Below are positions 24,665 through 39,000 of a stretch of DNA of 64,000 nucleotides, one piece after another; position 1 is the first letter of the stretch, and the number at the start of each line of letters is the position of its first letter. Source of the DNA: the human T2T-CHM13v2.0 reference genome, Homo sapiens; assembly GCF_009914755.1 (NCBI RefSeq), contig NC_060933.1. One strand, 5' to 3'. The notes under the pieces are model-generated. The model worked only from the letters and a program-made list of their open reading frames with translations. It was not told where the DNA came from and made no database searches. The translations under genes and the position numbers were made by a program.

Positions 24665-25090
24665 ATTACATTACATTCGGATTGATTCTATTCAATTCCC
24701 TTACACTCCATTACATTCCATTCCATTCGGGTAGTTTCCATTCCATTCCATTCCATTCCTCTCCATTCCATTGCACTCGGGTTGATTCCATTCCATTGCA
24801 TTCCATTCCATTCCATTCAATTCCATTCCGCTCCATTCCATTCCATTACATTCGGATTGATTCTATTCAACTCCCTTACTCTCCATGACATTCCATTCCA
24901 TTCGGGTAGTTTCCATTCCATTCCATTCCATTCCTCTCTATTCCATTGAACTCGGGTTGATTCCATTCCATTGCATTCCATTCCATTCCATTCAATTCCA
25001 TTCCGTTCCATTCCATTCCATTACATTCGGATTAATTCTATTCAACTCCCTTACTCTCCATTACATTCCATTCCATTCGGGTTGTTCCAT
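24665..25090 (-). repeat. Three tandem 175-bp modules; the middle one is a hybrid
   Basis: TTACATTCGGATT(G/A)ATTCTATTCAA starts at 24671, 24846 and 25021. Confidence 0.85.
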
Positions 25091-27199
25091 TCCATTCCAT
25101 TCCATTCCACTCCATATCATTGCACTCGGGTTTATTCCATTCCATTCCATTGCATTCCATTCCATTCCATTCCGGAAGATTCCATTCCATTGCATTCCAT
25201 TCCATTCCATTCCCCTGCACTCGCGTTGATTCCATTCCATTCCATTACATTCCATTCCATTCCATTCCATTCCATTCCATTCCTTTCCGTTCCATTCCAT
25301 TCCATTCCATTCCATTCCATTCCAATCCATTCCATTCCGTTCCGTTCCGTTCCATTCCATTCCATTCAATTCTATTCGGGTTAATTCCATTCCATTCCAT
25401 TCGATTGCAATCGAGTTGATTCCATTCCATTCCATTCCATTCCATTCCATTCCATTCCATTCCATTCCTTTCCATTCCATTACGGATGATTCCATTCCAT
25501 TGCATTCCATTCCATTCCATTCCCCTGTACTCGGGTTGATTCCATTCCATTCCATTCCAATCCATGCCATTCCACTCGTGTTGATTCCATTCTTTCCATT
25601 CCATTCAAGTTGAATACATTCCATTGCATTCCATTCCATTCCATTCCCCTGCAGTCGGGTTGTTTCCATTCCATTCCATTCCATTCCATTCCATTCCATT
25701 CCATTCCGTTCCGTTCCATTCCATTCCATTCCATTCTATTCGGGTTAATTCCATTTCATTCCATTCCATTCCATTCCATTCCATTCCAATCGAGTTGATT
25801 CCATTCCATTCCATTCCATTCCATTCCATTCCACTCCATTCCAGTCCTTTCCATTCCATTCCACTCGGGTTGATTCCAATGTATTCCTTTCCATTCCATT
25901 CCATTGCATTGCAATCGAGTTGATTCCATTGCTTTGCATTCCATTCCATTCCATTCCATTCCGGATGATTCCATTCCATTGCATTCCATTCCATTCCATT
26001 CCCCTGCACTCGGGTTGATTCCATTCCATTCCACTCCATTCCGTTCCGTTCCATTCCATTGCATAGTATTCTGGTTAATTCCATTCCATTCCATTCCATT
26101 CCATTCCAGTCCTTTCCATTCTATTCCTCTCGGGTTGATTCCATTCTATTAGTTTCCATTCCATTCCATTCCCTTCCATTCCACTCTGGTTGATTCCATT
26201 CCTTTCCATTCCACTCGAATACATTCCCTCCTATTCCACTCGGAACGATTCCATTCCATTCCATTCCATTCCATTCCATTCCATTCCATTCCATTCCATT
26301 CCATTTCGTTCCATTCCATTCTATTCCGTATCATTCCATTCCATTCCATTCCATTCCATTCCATTGTACTCGTGTTGATTCAATTCCATTGCATTCCATT
26401 CCATTCCATTCCATTCCATTCCGTTGCATTCAATTCCATTACATTCGGATTGATTCTATTCAACTCCCTTACTCTCCATTACATTCAATTCCATGCGGGT
26501 TGTTCCATTCCATTCCATTCCATTCCATTCCATTCCATTCCATTCCATTCCGGATGATTCCATTCCATTGCATTCCGTTCCATTACATTCCCCTGCACTC
26601 GCGTTGATTCCATTCCATTCCATTCAATTCCATTCCATTACAATTCGTTCCATTCCATTCTATTCCGTACCATTCCATTCCATTCCATACCATTCCATTC
26701 CATTCCTTTCCATTCTGTTCCATTCCGTTCCATTCCATTCCATTCCATTCTATTCGAATTAATTCCATTCCATTCCATTCCATTCCATTGTATTCCATTC
26801 CATTGCAATCGAGTTGAATCCTTTGCATTTCATTCCATTCCATTCCATTCCATTCCATTCGGGAAGATGCCATTCCATTGCATTCCATTCCATTCCATTC
26901 CCCTGCACTCGCGTTGATTCCATTCCATTCCATTCCATTCCATTCCATTCCTTTCCATTCCATTATGGATGATTCCATTCCATTGCATTCCATTCCATTC
27001 CATTCCCCTGTACTCGGTTTGATTCCATTCCATTCCATTCCAATCCATGCCATTCCACTCGTGTTGATTCCATTCTTTCCATTCCATTCAAGTTGAATTC
27101 ATTCCATTGCATTCCATTCCATTCGATTCCATTCGATTGCACTCGGGTTGATTCCATTCCATTGCATTCCATTCCATTCCATTCCATTCCGTTCCATTC

Positions 27200-30000
27200 C
27201 ATTCCATTACATTCGGATTGATTCTATTCAATTCCTTTACAGTCCATTACATTCCATTCCATTTGGGTAGTTTCCATTCCATTCCATTCCATTCCTCTCC
27301 ATTCCATTGCACTCGGGTTGATTCCATTCCATTGCATTCCATTCCATTCCATTCCATTCCATTACATTCCATTCCATTCCGTTCCATTCCATTACATTCG
27401 GATTGATTCTATTCAACTCCCTTACTCTCCATTACATTCCATTCCATTCGGGTTGTTCCATTCCATTCCATTCCATTCCACTCCATTCCATTGCGCTCGG
27501 GTTGATTCCATTCCATTCCATTCCATTCCATTCCATTCCATTCCATTCCATTCCGGATGATTCCATTCCATTGCATTCCGTTCCATTACATTCCCCAGCA
27601 CTCGGGTTGATTCCATTCCATTCCATTCCATTCCATTCGATTCCATTCCATTCCAATTCTTTCCATTCCATTCTATTCCGTACCATTCCATTCCATTCCA
27701 TACAATTCCATTCCATTCCATTCCACTCCGTTCCGTTCCGTTCCGTTCTGTTCCGTTCCATTCCATTCCATTCCATTCTATTCCGTATAATTCCATTCCA
27801 TTCCATTCCATTCCATTCCATTCCATTCTATTCCTTTCCATTGCAATCGAGTTGAATCCATTGCATTCCATTCCATTCCATTCCATTCCATTCCATTCCA
27901 TTCCGGAAGATTCCATTGCATTCCATTCCATTCCATTCCATTCCATTCCATTCCATTCCATTCCATTCCATTCCATTCCATTCCATTGTACTCGGGTTGA
28001 TTCCATTCCATTGCATTCCATTCCATTCCATTCCGTTCCATTCCATTCCATTACATTCGGATTGATTCTATTCAACTCCCTTACTCTCCATTACATTCCA
28101 TTCCATTCGATTTGTTCCATTCCATTCCATGCCATTCCACTCCATTCCATTGCACTCGGATTGATTCCATTCCATTCCATTCCATTCCATTCCATTCCAT
28201 TCCATTCCGGAAGATTCCATTCCATTTCATTCCATTCCATTCCATTCCCCTGCACTCGCGTTGATTCCATTCCATTCCATTGTATTCCATTCCATTCCCT
28301 TCCTTTCCGTTCCATTCCATTCCATTCCATTCCGTTCCGTTCCATTCCATTCCATTCCATTCTATTCGGGTTAATTCCATTCCATTCCATTCGATTGCAA
28401 TCGAGTTGATTCCATTCCATTCCATTCCATTCCATTCCATTCCATTTCATTCCATTCCTTTCCATTCCTTTCCATTCCATTAATGATGATTCCATTCCAT
28501 TGCATTCCATTCCATTCCATTCCCCTATACTCGGGTTGATTCCATTCCATTCCATTCCAATCCATGCCATTCCACTCTTGTTGATTCCATTCTTTCCATT
28601 CCATTCAAGTTGAATCTATTCCATTGCATTCCATTCCATTCGATTCCATTCGATTGCACTCGGGTTGATTCCATTCCATTGCATTCCATTACATTCCATT
28701 CCATTCCATTCCATTCCATTCCATTCCATTCCATTCCGTTCTATTCCATTTCATTACATTCAGATTGATTCTATTCAATTCCCTTACACTCCATTATATT
28801 CCGATCCATTCAGGTTGTCTCCATTCCATTCCATTCCATTTCACTCCATTCCATTGCACTCGGGTTGATTCCATTCCATTCCATTCCATTGCATTCCATT
28901 CCATTCCATTCCGGATGATTCCATTCCATTGCATTCCATTCCATTCCATTCCCCTGCACTCGGGTTGATTCCATTCCATTCCATTCCATTACATTCCGTT
29001 CCATTCCATTCCATTCCATTCGGATTGATTCTATTCAATTCCCTTACAGTCCATTACATTCCATTCCATTCGGGTAGTTTCCACTCCATTCCATTCCATT
29101 CCTCTCCATTCCATTGCACTCGGGTTGATTCCATTCCATTCCATTCCATTCCATTCCATTCCATTACATTACATTCCATTTCATTCTGTTCTATTGTACT
29201 CGGGTTGATTCCATTCCATTGCATTCCATTCCATTACATTCCATTCCTTTCCATTCCATTCCATTCCGTTCCATTCCATTACATTCGGATTGATTCTATT
29301 CAACTCCCTTACTCTCCATTACATTCCATTCCATTCGGGTTGTTCCATTCCATTCCATTCCATTCCACTCCATTCCATTGCGCTCGGGTTGATTCCATTC
29401 CATTCCATTCCATTCCATTCCATTCCATTCCATTCCATTCCGGATGATTCCATTCCATTGCATTCCGTTCCATTCCATTCCCATGCACTCGGGTTGATTC
29501 CATTCCATTCCATTCCATTCCATTCGATTCCATTCCATTCCAGTTCTTTCCATTCCATTCTATTCCGTACCATTCCATTCCATTCCATACAATTCCATTC
29601 CATTCCATTCCACTCCGTTCCGTTCCGTTCCGTTCTGTTCCGTTCCATTCCATTCCATTCCATTCTATCCGGTTTAATTCCATTCCATTCCATTCCATTC
29701 CATTCCATTCTATTCCATTCCATTGCAATCGAGTTGAATCCATTGCATTCCATTCCATTCCATTCCATTCCATTCAATTCCGGAAGATTCCATTCCATTG
29801 CATTCCATTCCATTCCATTCCATTCCATTCCATTCCATTCCATTCCATTGTACTCGGGTTGATTCCATTCCATTGCATTCCATTCCATTCCATTCCATTC
29901 CATTCCATTCCGTTCCATTCCATTCCATTACATTCGGATTGATTCTTTTCAACTCCCTTACTCTCCATTACATTCCATTCCATTCGGGTTGTTCCATTCC
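27200..30000 (-). repeat. Local duplication with about 1.8-1.9 kb offset (27200-28120 vs 29020-30000)
   Basis: Shared rare variants: TTACAGTCC (~27237/~29044), TTGCGCTCGGG (27491/~29378) and CCGTTCTGTTCC (~27743/~29630). Confidence 0.82.
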
Positions 30001-33000
30001 ATTCCTTTCCATTCCACTCCATTCCATTGCACTCGGGTTGATTCCATTCAATTCCATTCCATTCCTTTCCGGATGATTCCATTCCATTGCATTCCGTTCC
30101 ATTACGTTCCCCTGCACTCGGGTTGATTCCATTCCATTCCTTTCCATTCCATTCGAATCCATTCCATTCCCCTGCACTCGCGTTGATTCCATTCCATTCC
30201 ATTCCATTCCTTTCCGTTCCATTCCATTCCACTCCATTCCATTCCGTTCCGTTCCATTCCATTCCATTCCATTCTATTCGGGTTAATTCCATTCCATTCC
30301 ATTCGATTGCAAACGACTTGATTCCATTCCATTCCATTCCATTCCATTCCATTCCATTCCTTTCCATTCCTTTCCATTCCATTACTGATGATTCCATTCC
30401 ATTGCATTCCATTCCATTCCATTCCCCGGTACTCGGGTTGATTCCATTCCATTCCATTCCAATCCATGCCATTCCACTCGTGTTGATTCCATTCTTTCCT
30501 TTCCATTCAAGTTGAATCCATTCCATTGTATTCCATTCCATTTGATTCCATTCGATTGCACTCGGGTTGATTCCATTCCATTGCATTCCATTCCATTCCA
30601 TTCCATTCCATTCCATTCCCTTCCATTCCACTCTGGTTGATTCCATTCCTTTCCATTCCACTCGAATACATTCCCTCCTATTCCACTCGGAACGATTCCA
30701 TTCCATTCCATTCCATTCCATTCCATTCCATTCCATTCCATTCCATTCCATTTCGTTCCATTCCATTCTATTCCGTATCATTCCATTCCATTCCATTCCA
30801 TTCCATTCCATTCCATTCCATTCCATTCCATTGTACTCGGGTTGATTCCATTATATTGCATTCCATTCCATTCCATTCCATTCCATTCCACTCCGTTGCA
30901 TTCCATTCCATTACATGCGGATTGATTCTATTCAACTCCCTTACTCTCCATTACATTCCATTCCTTTGGGGTTGTTCCATTCCATTCCATTCCATTCCAC
31001 TCCATTCCATTGCACTCGGGTTGATTCCATTCCATTCCATTCCATTCCATTCCATTCCATTCCATTCCATTCCATTCCGGATGATTCCATTCCACTGCAA
31101 TCTGTTCCATTAAATTCCCCTGCACTCGCGTTGATTCCATTCCATTCCATTCCATTCCATTCAATTCCATTCCATTACAATTCGTTCCATTCCATTCTAT
31201 TCCGTACCATTCCATTCCATTCCATACCATTCCATTCCATTCCGTTCCATTCCATTCCGTTACATTCCGTTCCATTCCATTCCATTCCATTCTATTCGGA
31301 TTAATTCCATTCCATTCCATTCCATTCCATTGCAATCGAGTTGAATCCATTGCATTTCATTCCATTCCATTCCATTCCATTCCATTCCATTCCATTCCAT
31401 TCCGTTCCATTCCATTCCTTTACATTCGGATTGATTCTATTCAATTCCCTTACACTCCATTACATTCAATTCCATTCGGGTAGTTTCCATTCCATTCCAT
31501 TCCATTCCATTCCTCTCCATTCCATTGCACTCGGGTTGATTCCATTCCATTGCATTCCATTCCATTCCATTCAATTCCATTCCGTTCCATTCCATTCCAT
31601 TACATTCGGATTGATTCTATTCAACTCCCTTACTCTCCGTTACATTCCATTCCATTCGGGTTGTTCCATTCCATTCCATTCCATTCCACTCCATTCCATT
31701 GCACTCGGGTTGATTCCATTCCATTCCATTCCATTCCATTCCATTCCATTCCATTCCATTCCGGAAGATTCCATTCCAATGCATTCCATTCCATTCCATT
31801 CCCCTGCACTCGCGTTGATTCCATTCCATTCCATTACATTCCATTCCGTTCCGTTCCATTCCATTCTATTCCATTCCATTCCATTCCGTTCCGTTCCATT
31901 CCATTCCATTCCATTCTATTCGGGTTAATTCCATTCCATTCCATTCGATTGTCATCGAGTTGATTCCATTCCATTCCATTCCATTCCATTCCATTCCATT
32001 CCTTTCCATTCCATTACGGATGACTCCATTCCATTGCTTTCCATTCCATTCCATTCCCCTGTACTCGGGTTTATTCCATTCCATTCCATTCCACTCCATT
32101 CGGTTCCGTTGCATTCCATTCTATTGCATTCCATTCTATTCGGGTTAATTCCATTCCATTCTATTCCATTCCATTCCATTCCATTCCATTGCAATGGAGT
32201 TTATTCCATTCCATTCCATTCCATTCCGGATGATTCAATTACATTGCATTCCATTGCATTCCATTCCCCTGCACTCGTGTTGATTCCATTCCCTTCCATT
32301 CCATTCCATTCCGTTCCATTCCATTCCATTCCATTCTATTCCGGTTAATTCCATTCCATTCCATTCCATTCCATTCCATTCCATTCCATTGCAATCGAGT
32401 TGATTCCATTCCATTCCTTTCCATTCCATTCCATTGCCTTGCATTCCACTCGGGTTGATTCCATTCCCTTCTTTCCACTCCATTACATTCCCTTCCATTC
32501 CACTCGGAATGATTGATTCCATTCCATTCCATTCCATTTCATTCCATTGCAATCCATTCCAATCCATTCCATTCCATTCCATTCCACTCGAGTTGACTTC
32601 ATTCCATTCCTTTCCATTCCATTCCATTCCTTTCCACTCGAGTTGATTCCATTCCATTCCAATCCATTGCAATCCTTTCCATGCCATTCCACTCGGGTTG
32701 ATTCCATTCCTTTGCATTCCATTCCATTCCATTCCATTGCATTCCATTCCATTCCATTCCGTTGCATTCCATTCCATTACATTCGGATTGATTCTATTCA
32801 ACTCCCTTACTCTCCATTACATTCCATTCCATTCGGGTTGTTCCATTCCATTCCATTCCATTCGACTCCATTCCATTGCACTCGGGTTGATTCCATTCCA
32901 TTCCATTCCATTCCATTCCATTCCGGATGATTCCAATCCATTGCATTCCGTTCCATTACATTCCCCTGCACTCGGGTTGATACCATTCCATTCCATTCCA

Positions 33001-36000
33001 TTCCATTCCATTCCATTCCATTCCATTCCATTCCATTCTATTCTGGTTAATTCCATTCCATTCCTTTCGATTCCATTCCATTCCATTCCATTCCATTCCA
33101 TTGCAATCGAGTTGATTCCATTCCATTCCATTCCATTCCGTTCCGGATGATTCCATTCCATTCCATTCCATTCCCCTGCAGTTGGGTTGATTCCATTCCA
33201 TTCCATTCCATTCCATTCCATTCCATTCCATTCCATTCCATTCCATTCCGTTCCATTCCATTCCATTCCATTCTATTCGGGTTAATTCCATTCCATTCCA
33301 TTCCATTCCATTCCAATCGAGTTGATTCCATTCCATTCCATTCCATTCCATTCCACTCCATTCCAGTCCTTTCCATTCCATTACACTCGGGTTGATTCCA
33401 TTCTATTCCTTTCCATTCCATTCCATTCCATTGCAATCGAGTTGATTCCATTGCTTTGCATTCCATTCCATTCCATTCCATTCCGGATGATTCCATTCCA
33501 TTGCATTCCTTTCCATTCCATTCCCTTGCACTCGGGTTGATTCCATTCCATTCCACTCCATTCCGTTCCATTCCATTTCATTCCGTTCCATTGTATTCGG
33601 GTTAATTCCATTCCATTCCATTCCATTCCATTCCATTCCATTCCATTCCAATCGAGTTGATTCCATTCCATTCCATTCCATTCCATTCCATTCCATTCCA
33701 TTCCAGTCCTTTCCATTCCATTCCACTCGGGTTGATTCCATTCTATTCATTTCCATTCCATTCCATTCCATTGCAATCGACTTGATTCCATTGTTTTGCA
33801 TTCCATTCCTTTCCATTCCATTCCGGATGATTCCATTCCATTGCATTCCGTTAAATTACATTCCCCTGCACTCGGGTTGATACCATTCCATTCCATTCCA
33901 TTCCATTCCATTCCGGATGATTCCATTCCATTGCATTCCATTCCATTCCATTCCCCTGCACTCGGGTTGATTACATTCCATTTCCTTCCTTCCATTCCTT
34001 TCCATTCCATTCCATTCCATTCTATTCGGGTGAATTCCATTCCATTCCATTCCATTCCATTCCATTCCATTCCATTCCGTTCCGTTCCATTCCAGTCCAT
34101 TCCATTCTATTAGGGTTAATTCCTTTCCATTCCATTCGATTGCAATCGTGTTGATTCCATTCCATTCCATTCCGTTCCATTCCATTCCATTCCATTCCTT
34201 TCCATTCCATTACGGATGATTCCATTCCATTGCATTCCATTCCATACCATTCCCCTGTACTCGGGTTGATTCCATTCCATTGCATTCCAATCCATGCCCT
34301 TGCACTCGTGTTGATTCCATTCTTTCCATTCCATTCAAGTTGAATCCATTCCATTGCATTCCATTCCATTCGATTCCATTCGATTGCACTCGGGTTGATT
34401 CCATTCCATTGCATTCCATTCCATTCCATTCCATTCCATTCCATTCCATTCCAATCCATTCCGTTCCATTCCATTCCATTACATTCGGATTGATTCTATT
34501 CAATTCCCTTACACTCCATTACATTCCATTCCATTCAGGTAGTTTCCATTCCATTCCATTCCATTCCTCTCCATTCCATTGCACTCGGGTTGATTCCATT
34601 CCATTGCATTCCATTCCATTCCATTCAATTCCATTCCGTTCCATTCCATTCCATTACATTCGGATTGATTCTATTCAACTCCCTTACTCTCCATTACATT
34701 CCATTCCATTCGGGTTGTTCCATTCCATTCCATTCCATTCCACTCCATTCCATTGCACTCGGGTTGATTCCATTCCATTCCATTCCATTCCATTCCATTC
34801 CATTCCATTCCGGAAAATTCCATTCCATTGCATTCCATTCCATTCCATTCCCCTGCACTCGCGTTGATTCCATTCCATTCCATTCCATTCCATTCCATTC
34901 CATTCCTTTCCGTTCCATTCCATTCCATTCCATTCCATTCCACTCGTGTTTATTCCATTCCTTTCCATTCCATTCGGTTTGAAAGCATTCCATTCCATTC
35001 CATTCCATTCCATTCCATTCCATTCCATTCCATTCCATTGTACTCGGGTTGATTCCATTCCATTGCATTCCATTCCATTCCATTCCATTCCATTCCGTTG
35101 CATTCCATTCCATTACATTCGGAATGATTCTTTTCAACTCCCTTACTCTCCATTACATTCCATTCCATTCGGGTTGTTCCATTCCATTCCATTCCATTCC
35201 ACTCCATTCCATTGCACTAGGGTTGATTCCATTCCATTCCATTCCATTCCATTCCATTCCGGATGATTCCATTCCATTGCATTCCGTTCCATTACATTCC
35301 CCTGCACTCGCGTTGATTCCATTCCATTCCATTCAATTCCATTCCATTACAATTCGTTCCATTCCATTCTATTCCGTACCATTCCATTCCATTCCATACC
35401 ATTCCATTCCATTCCATTCCATTCCATTCCGTTCCATTCCGTTCCATTGCATTCCATTCCATTCTATTCGGGTTAATTCCATTCCATTCCATTCCATTCC
35501 ATTCTATTCCATTCCATTGCAATCGAGTTGAATCCATTGCATTTCATTCCATTCCATTCCATTCCATTCCATTCCACTCGAGTTGATTTCATTCCATTCC
35601 TTTCCATTCCATTCCATTCCTTTCCACTCGAGTTAATTCCATTCCATTCCATTCCATTGCATTCCATTCCATGCCATTCCACTCGGGTTGATTCCATTCC
35701 ATTCCATTCCATTCCATTCCATTCCATTCCATTCCATTGCATTCCATTCCATTCCTTTCCCCTACACTCGGGTTGATTCCATTCCATTCCATTCCATTTA
35801 ATTCCATTCCATTCCATTCCATTCCATTCCAATCCGTTCCATTCCATTCCATTCTATTCCATTGCAATCGACTTGATTCCATTCCATTCCATTCCATTAC
35901 ATTCCATTCCATTACATTCCATTCCATTTTGTTCCAATCCATTCTATTCCGAACCATTCCTTTCCATTCAATTCCATTCCATTCCTTTCCATTCCATGCC

Positions 36001-39000
36001 ATTCCACTCGGGTTGATTCCATTCCTTTCCTTTCCATTCGGGTTGAATCCAATCCACTCCATTCCATTCCATTCGAATCCATTCAATTGCACTCGGGTTG
36101 ATTCCATTCCATTCCATTCCATTCGATTCGATTCCATTCCATTCCATTCCGTTCAATTCCATTTCATTACATTCAGATTGATTCTATTCAATTCCCTTAC
36201 ACTCCATTATATTCCAATCCATTCTGGTTGTTTCCATTCCATTCCATTCCATTTCACTCCATTCCATTGCACTCGGTTTGTTTCCATTCCATTCCATTCC
36301 ATTCCATTCCGGATGATTCCATTCCATTGCATTCCATTCCATTCCATTCCCCTGCAGTCAGGTTGATTCCATTGCATTCCATTCCACTCCATTCGGTTCC
36401 GTTCCATTCCATTCTATTGCATTCCATTCTATTCGTGTTAATTCCATTCCATTCTATTCCATTCCATTCCATTCCATTCCATTGCAATGGAGTTGATTCC
36501 ATTCCATTCCATTCCATTCCGGATGATTCCATTCCATTGCATTCCATTCCATTCCATTCCCCTGCACTAGTGTTGATTCCATTACCTTCCATTCCATTCC
36601 ATTCTGTTCCATTCCATTGCATTCCATTCTATTCCGGTTAATTCCATTCAATTCCATTCCATTCCATTCCATTCCATTGCAATCGAGTTGATTCAATTCC
36701 ATTCCTTTCCATTCCATTCCATTGCCTTGCATTCCAATCGGGTTGATTCCATTCCCTTCTTTCCACTCCATTACATTCCCTTCCATTCCACTCGGAATGA
36801 TTGATTCCATTCCATTCCATTCCATTTCATTCCGTTGCAATCCATTCCAATCTATTCCATTCCATTCCATTTCACTCGAGTTGATTTCATTCCATTCCTT
36901 TCCATTCCATTCCATTCCTTTCCACTCGAGTTGATTCCATTCCATTCCATTCCATTGCATTCTATTCCATGCCATTCCACTCGGGTTGATTCCATTCCTT
37001 TGCATTCCATTCCATTCCATTCCATTCCATTCCATTCCATTCCATTCCGTTGCATTCCATTCCATTACATTCGGATTGATTCTATTCAACTCCCTTACTC
37101 TCCATTACATTCCATTCCATTCGGGTTGTTCCATTCCGTTCCATTCCATTCCACTCCATTCCATTGCACTCGGGTTGATTCCATTCCATTCCATTCCATT
37201 CCATTCCATTCCGGATGATTCCATTCCATTGCATTCCGTTCCATTACATTCCCCTGCACTCGTGTTGATTCCATTCCATTCCATTCCATTCCATTCAATT
37301 CCATTCCATTACAATTCGTTCCATTCCATTCTATTCCGTACCATTCCATTCCATTCCATACCATTCCATTCCATTCCATTCCATTCCGTTCCATTCCGTT
37401 CCATTCCATTCCATTCCATTCTATTCTGGTTTATTCCATTCCATTCCATTCCATTCCATTCTATTCCATTCCATTGCAATCGAGTTGAATCCGTTGCATT
37501 TCATTCCATTCCATTCCATTCCATTCCATTCCGGAAGATTCCATTCCATTGCATTCCATTCCATTCCATTCCCCTGCACTCGCGTTGATTCCATTCCATT
37601 CCATTCCATTCCATTCCATTCCATTCCATTCCGTTCCATTCCGTTCCATTCCGTTCCATTCCATTCCATTCCATTCCATTCCGTTCCGTTCCGTTCCATT
37701 CCATTCCATTCCATTCTATTCGGGTTAATTCCATTCCATTCCATTCGATTGCAATCGTGTTGATTCCATTCCATTCCATTCCATTCCATTGCATTCCATT
37801 CCATTCCTTTCCATTCCATTACGGATGATTCCATTCCATTGCATTCCATTCCATTCCATTCCCCTGTACTCGGGTTGATTCCATTCCATTGCATTCCAAT
37901 CCATGCCCTTCCACTCGTGTTGATTCCATTCTTTCCATTCCATTCAAGTTGAATCCATTCCATTGCATTCCATTCCATTCGATTCCATTCGGTTGCACTC
38001 GGGTTGATTCCATTCCATTGCATTCCATTCCATTCCATTCCATTCCATTCCATTCCATTCCATTCCGTTCCTTTCCATTCCATTACATTCGGATTGATTC
38101 TATTCAATTCCCTTACACTCCATTACATTCCATTCCATTCGGGTAGTTTCCATTCCATTCCTCTCCATTCCATTGCACTCGGGTTGATTCCATTCCATTG
38201 CATTCCATTCCATTCCATTCAATTGCATTCCGTTCCATTCCATTCCATTACATTCGGATTGATTCTATTCAACTCCCTTAGTCTCCATTACATTCCATTC
38301 CATTCGGGTTGTTCCATTCCATTCCATTCCATTCCACTCCATTCCATTACACTCGGGTTTATTCCATTCCATTCCATTCAATTCCATTCCATTCCGGAAG
38401 ATTCCATTCCATAGCATTCCATTCCATTCCATTCCCCTGAACTCGCGTTGATTCCATTCCATTCCATTCCATTCCATTCCATTCCATTCTATTCCTTTCC
38501 ATTCCAGTCTTTTCCATTCCATTCCACTCGGGTTGATTCCATTCTATTAGTTTCCATTCCATTCCATTCCCTTCCATTCCACTCTGGTTGATTCCATTCC
38601 TTTCCATTCCACTCGAATACATTCCCTCCTATTCCACTCGGAACGATTCCATTCCATTCCATTCCATTCCATTCCATTCCATTTCGTTCCATTCCATTCT
38701 ATTCCGTATCGTTCCATTCCATTCCATTCCATTCCATTCCATTCCATTCCACTCGTGTTGATTCCATTCCTTTCCATTCCATTCGGTTTGAAGGCATTCC
38801 ATTCCATTCCATTCCATTCCATTCCATTGTACTCCGGTTGATTCCATTCCATTGCATTCCATTCCATTCCATTCCATTCCGTTGCATTCCATTCCATTAC
38901 TTTCGGATTGATTCTATTAAACTCCCTTACTCTCCATTACATTCCATTCCATTTGGGTTGTTCCATTCCATTCCATTCCATTCCACTCCATTCCATTGCA

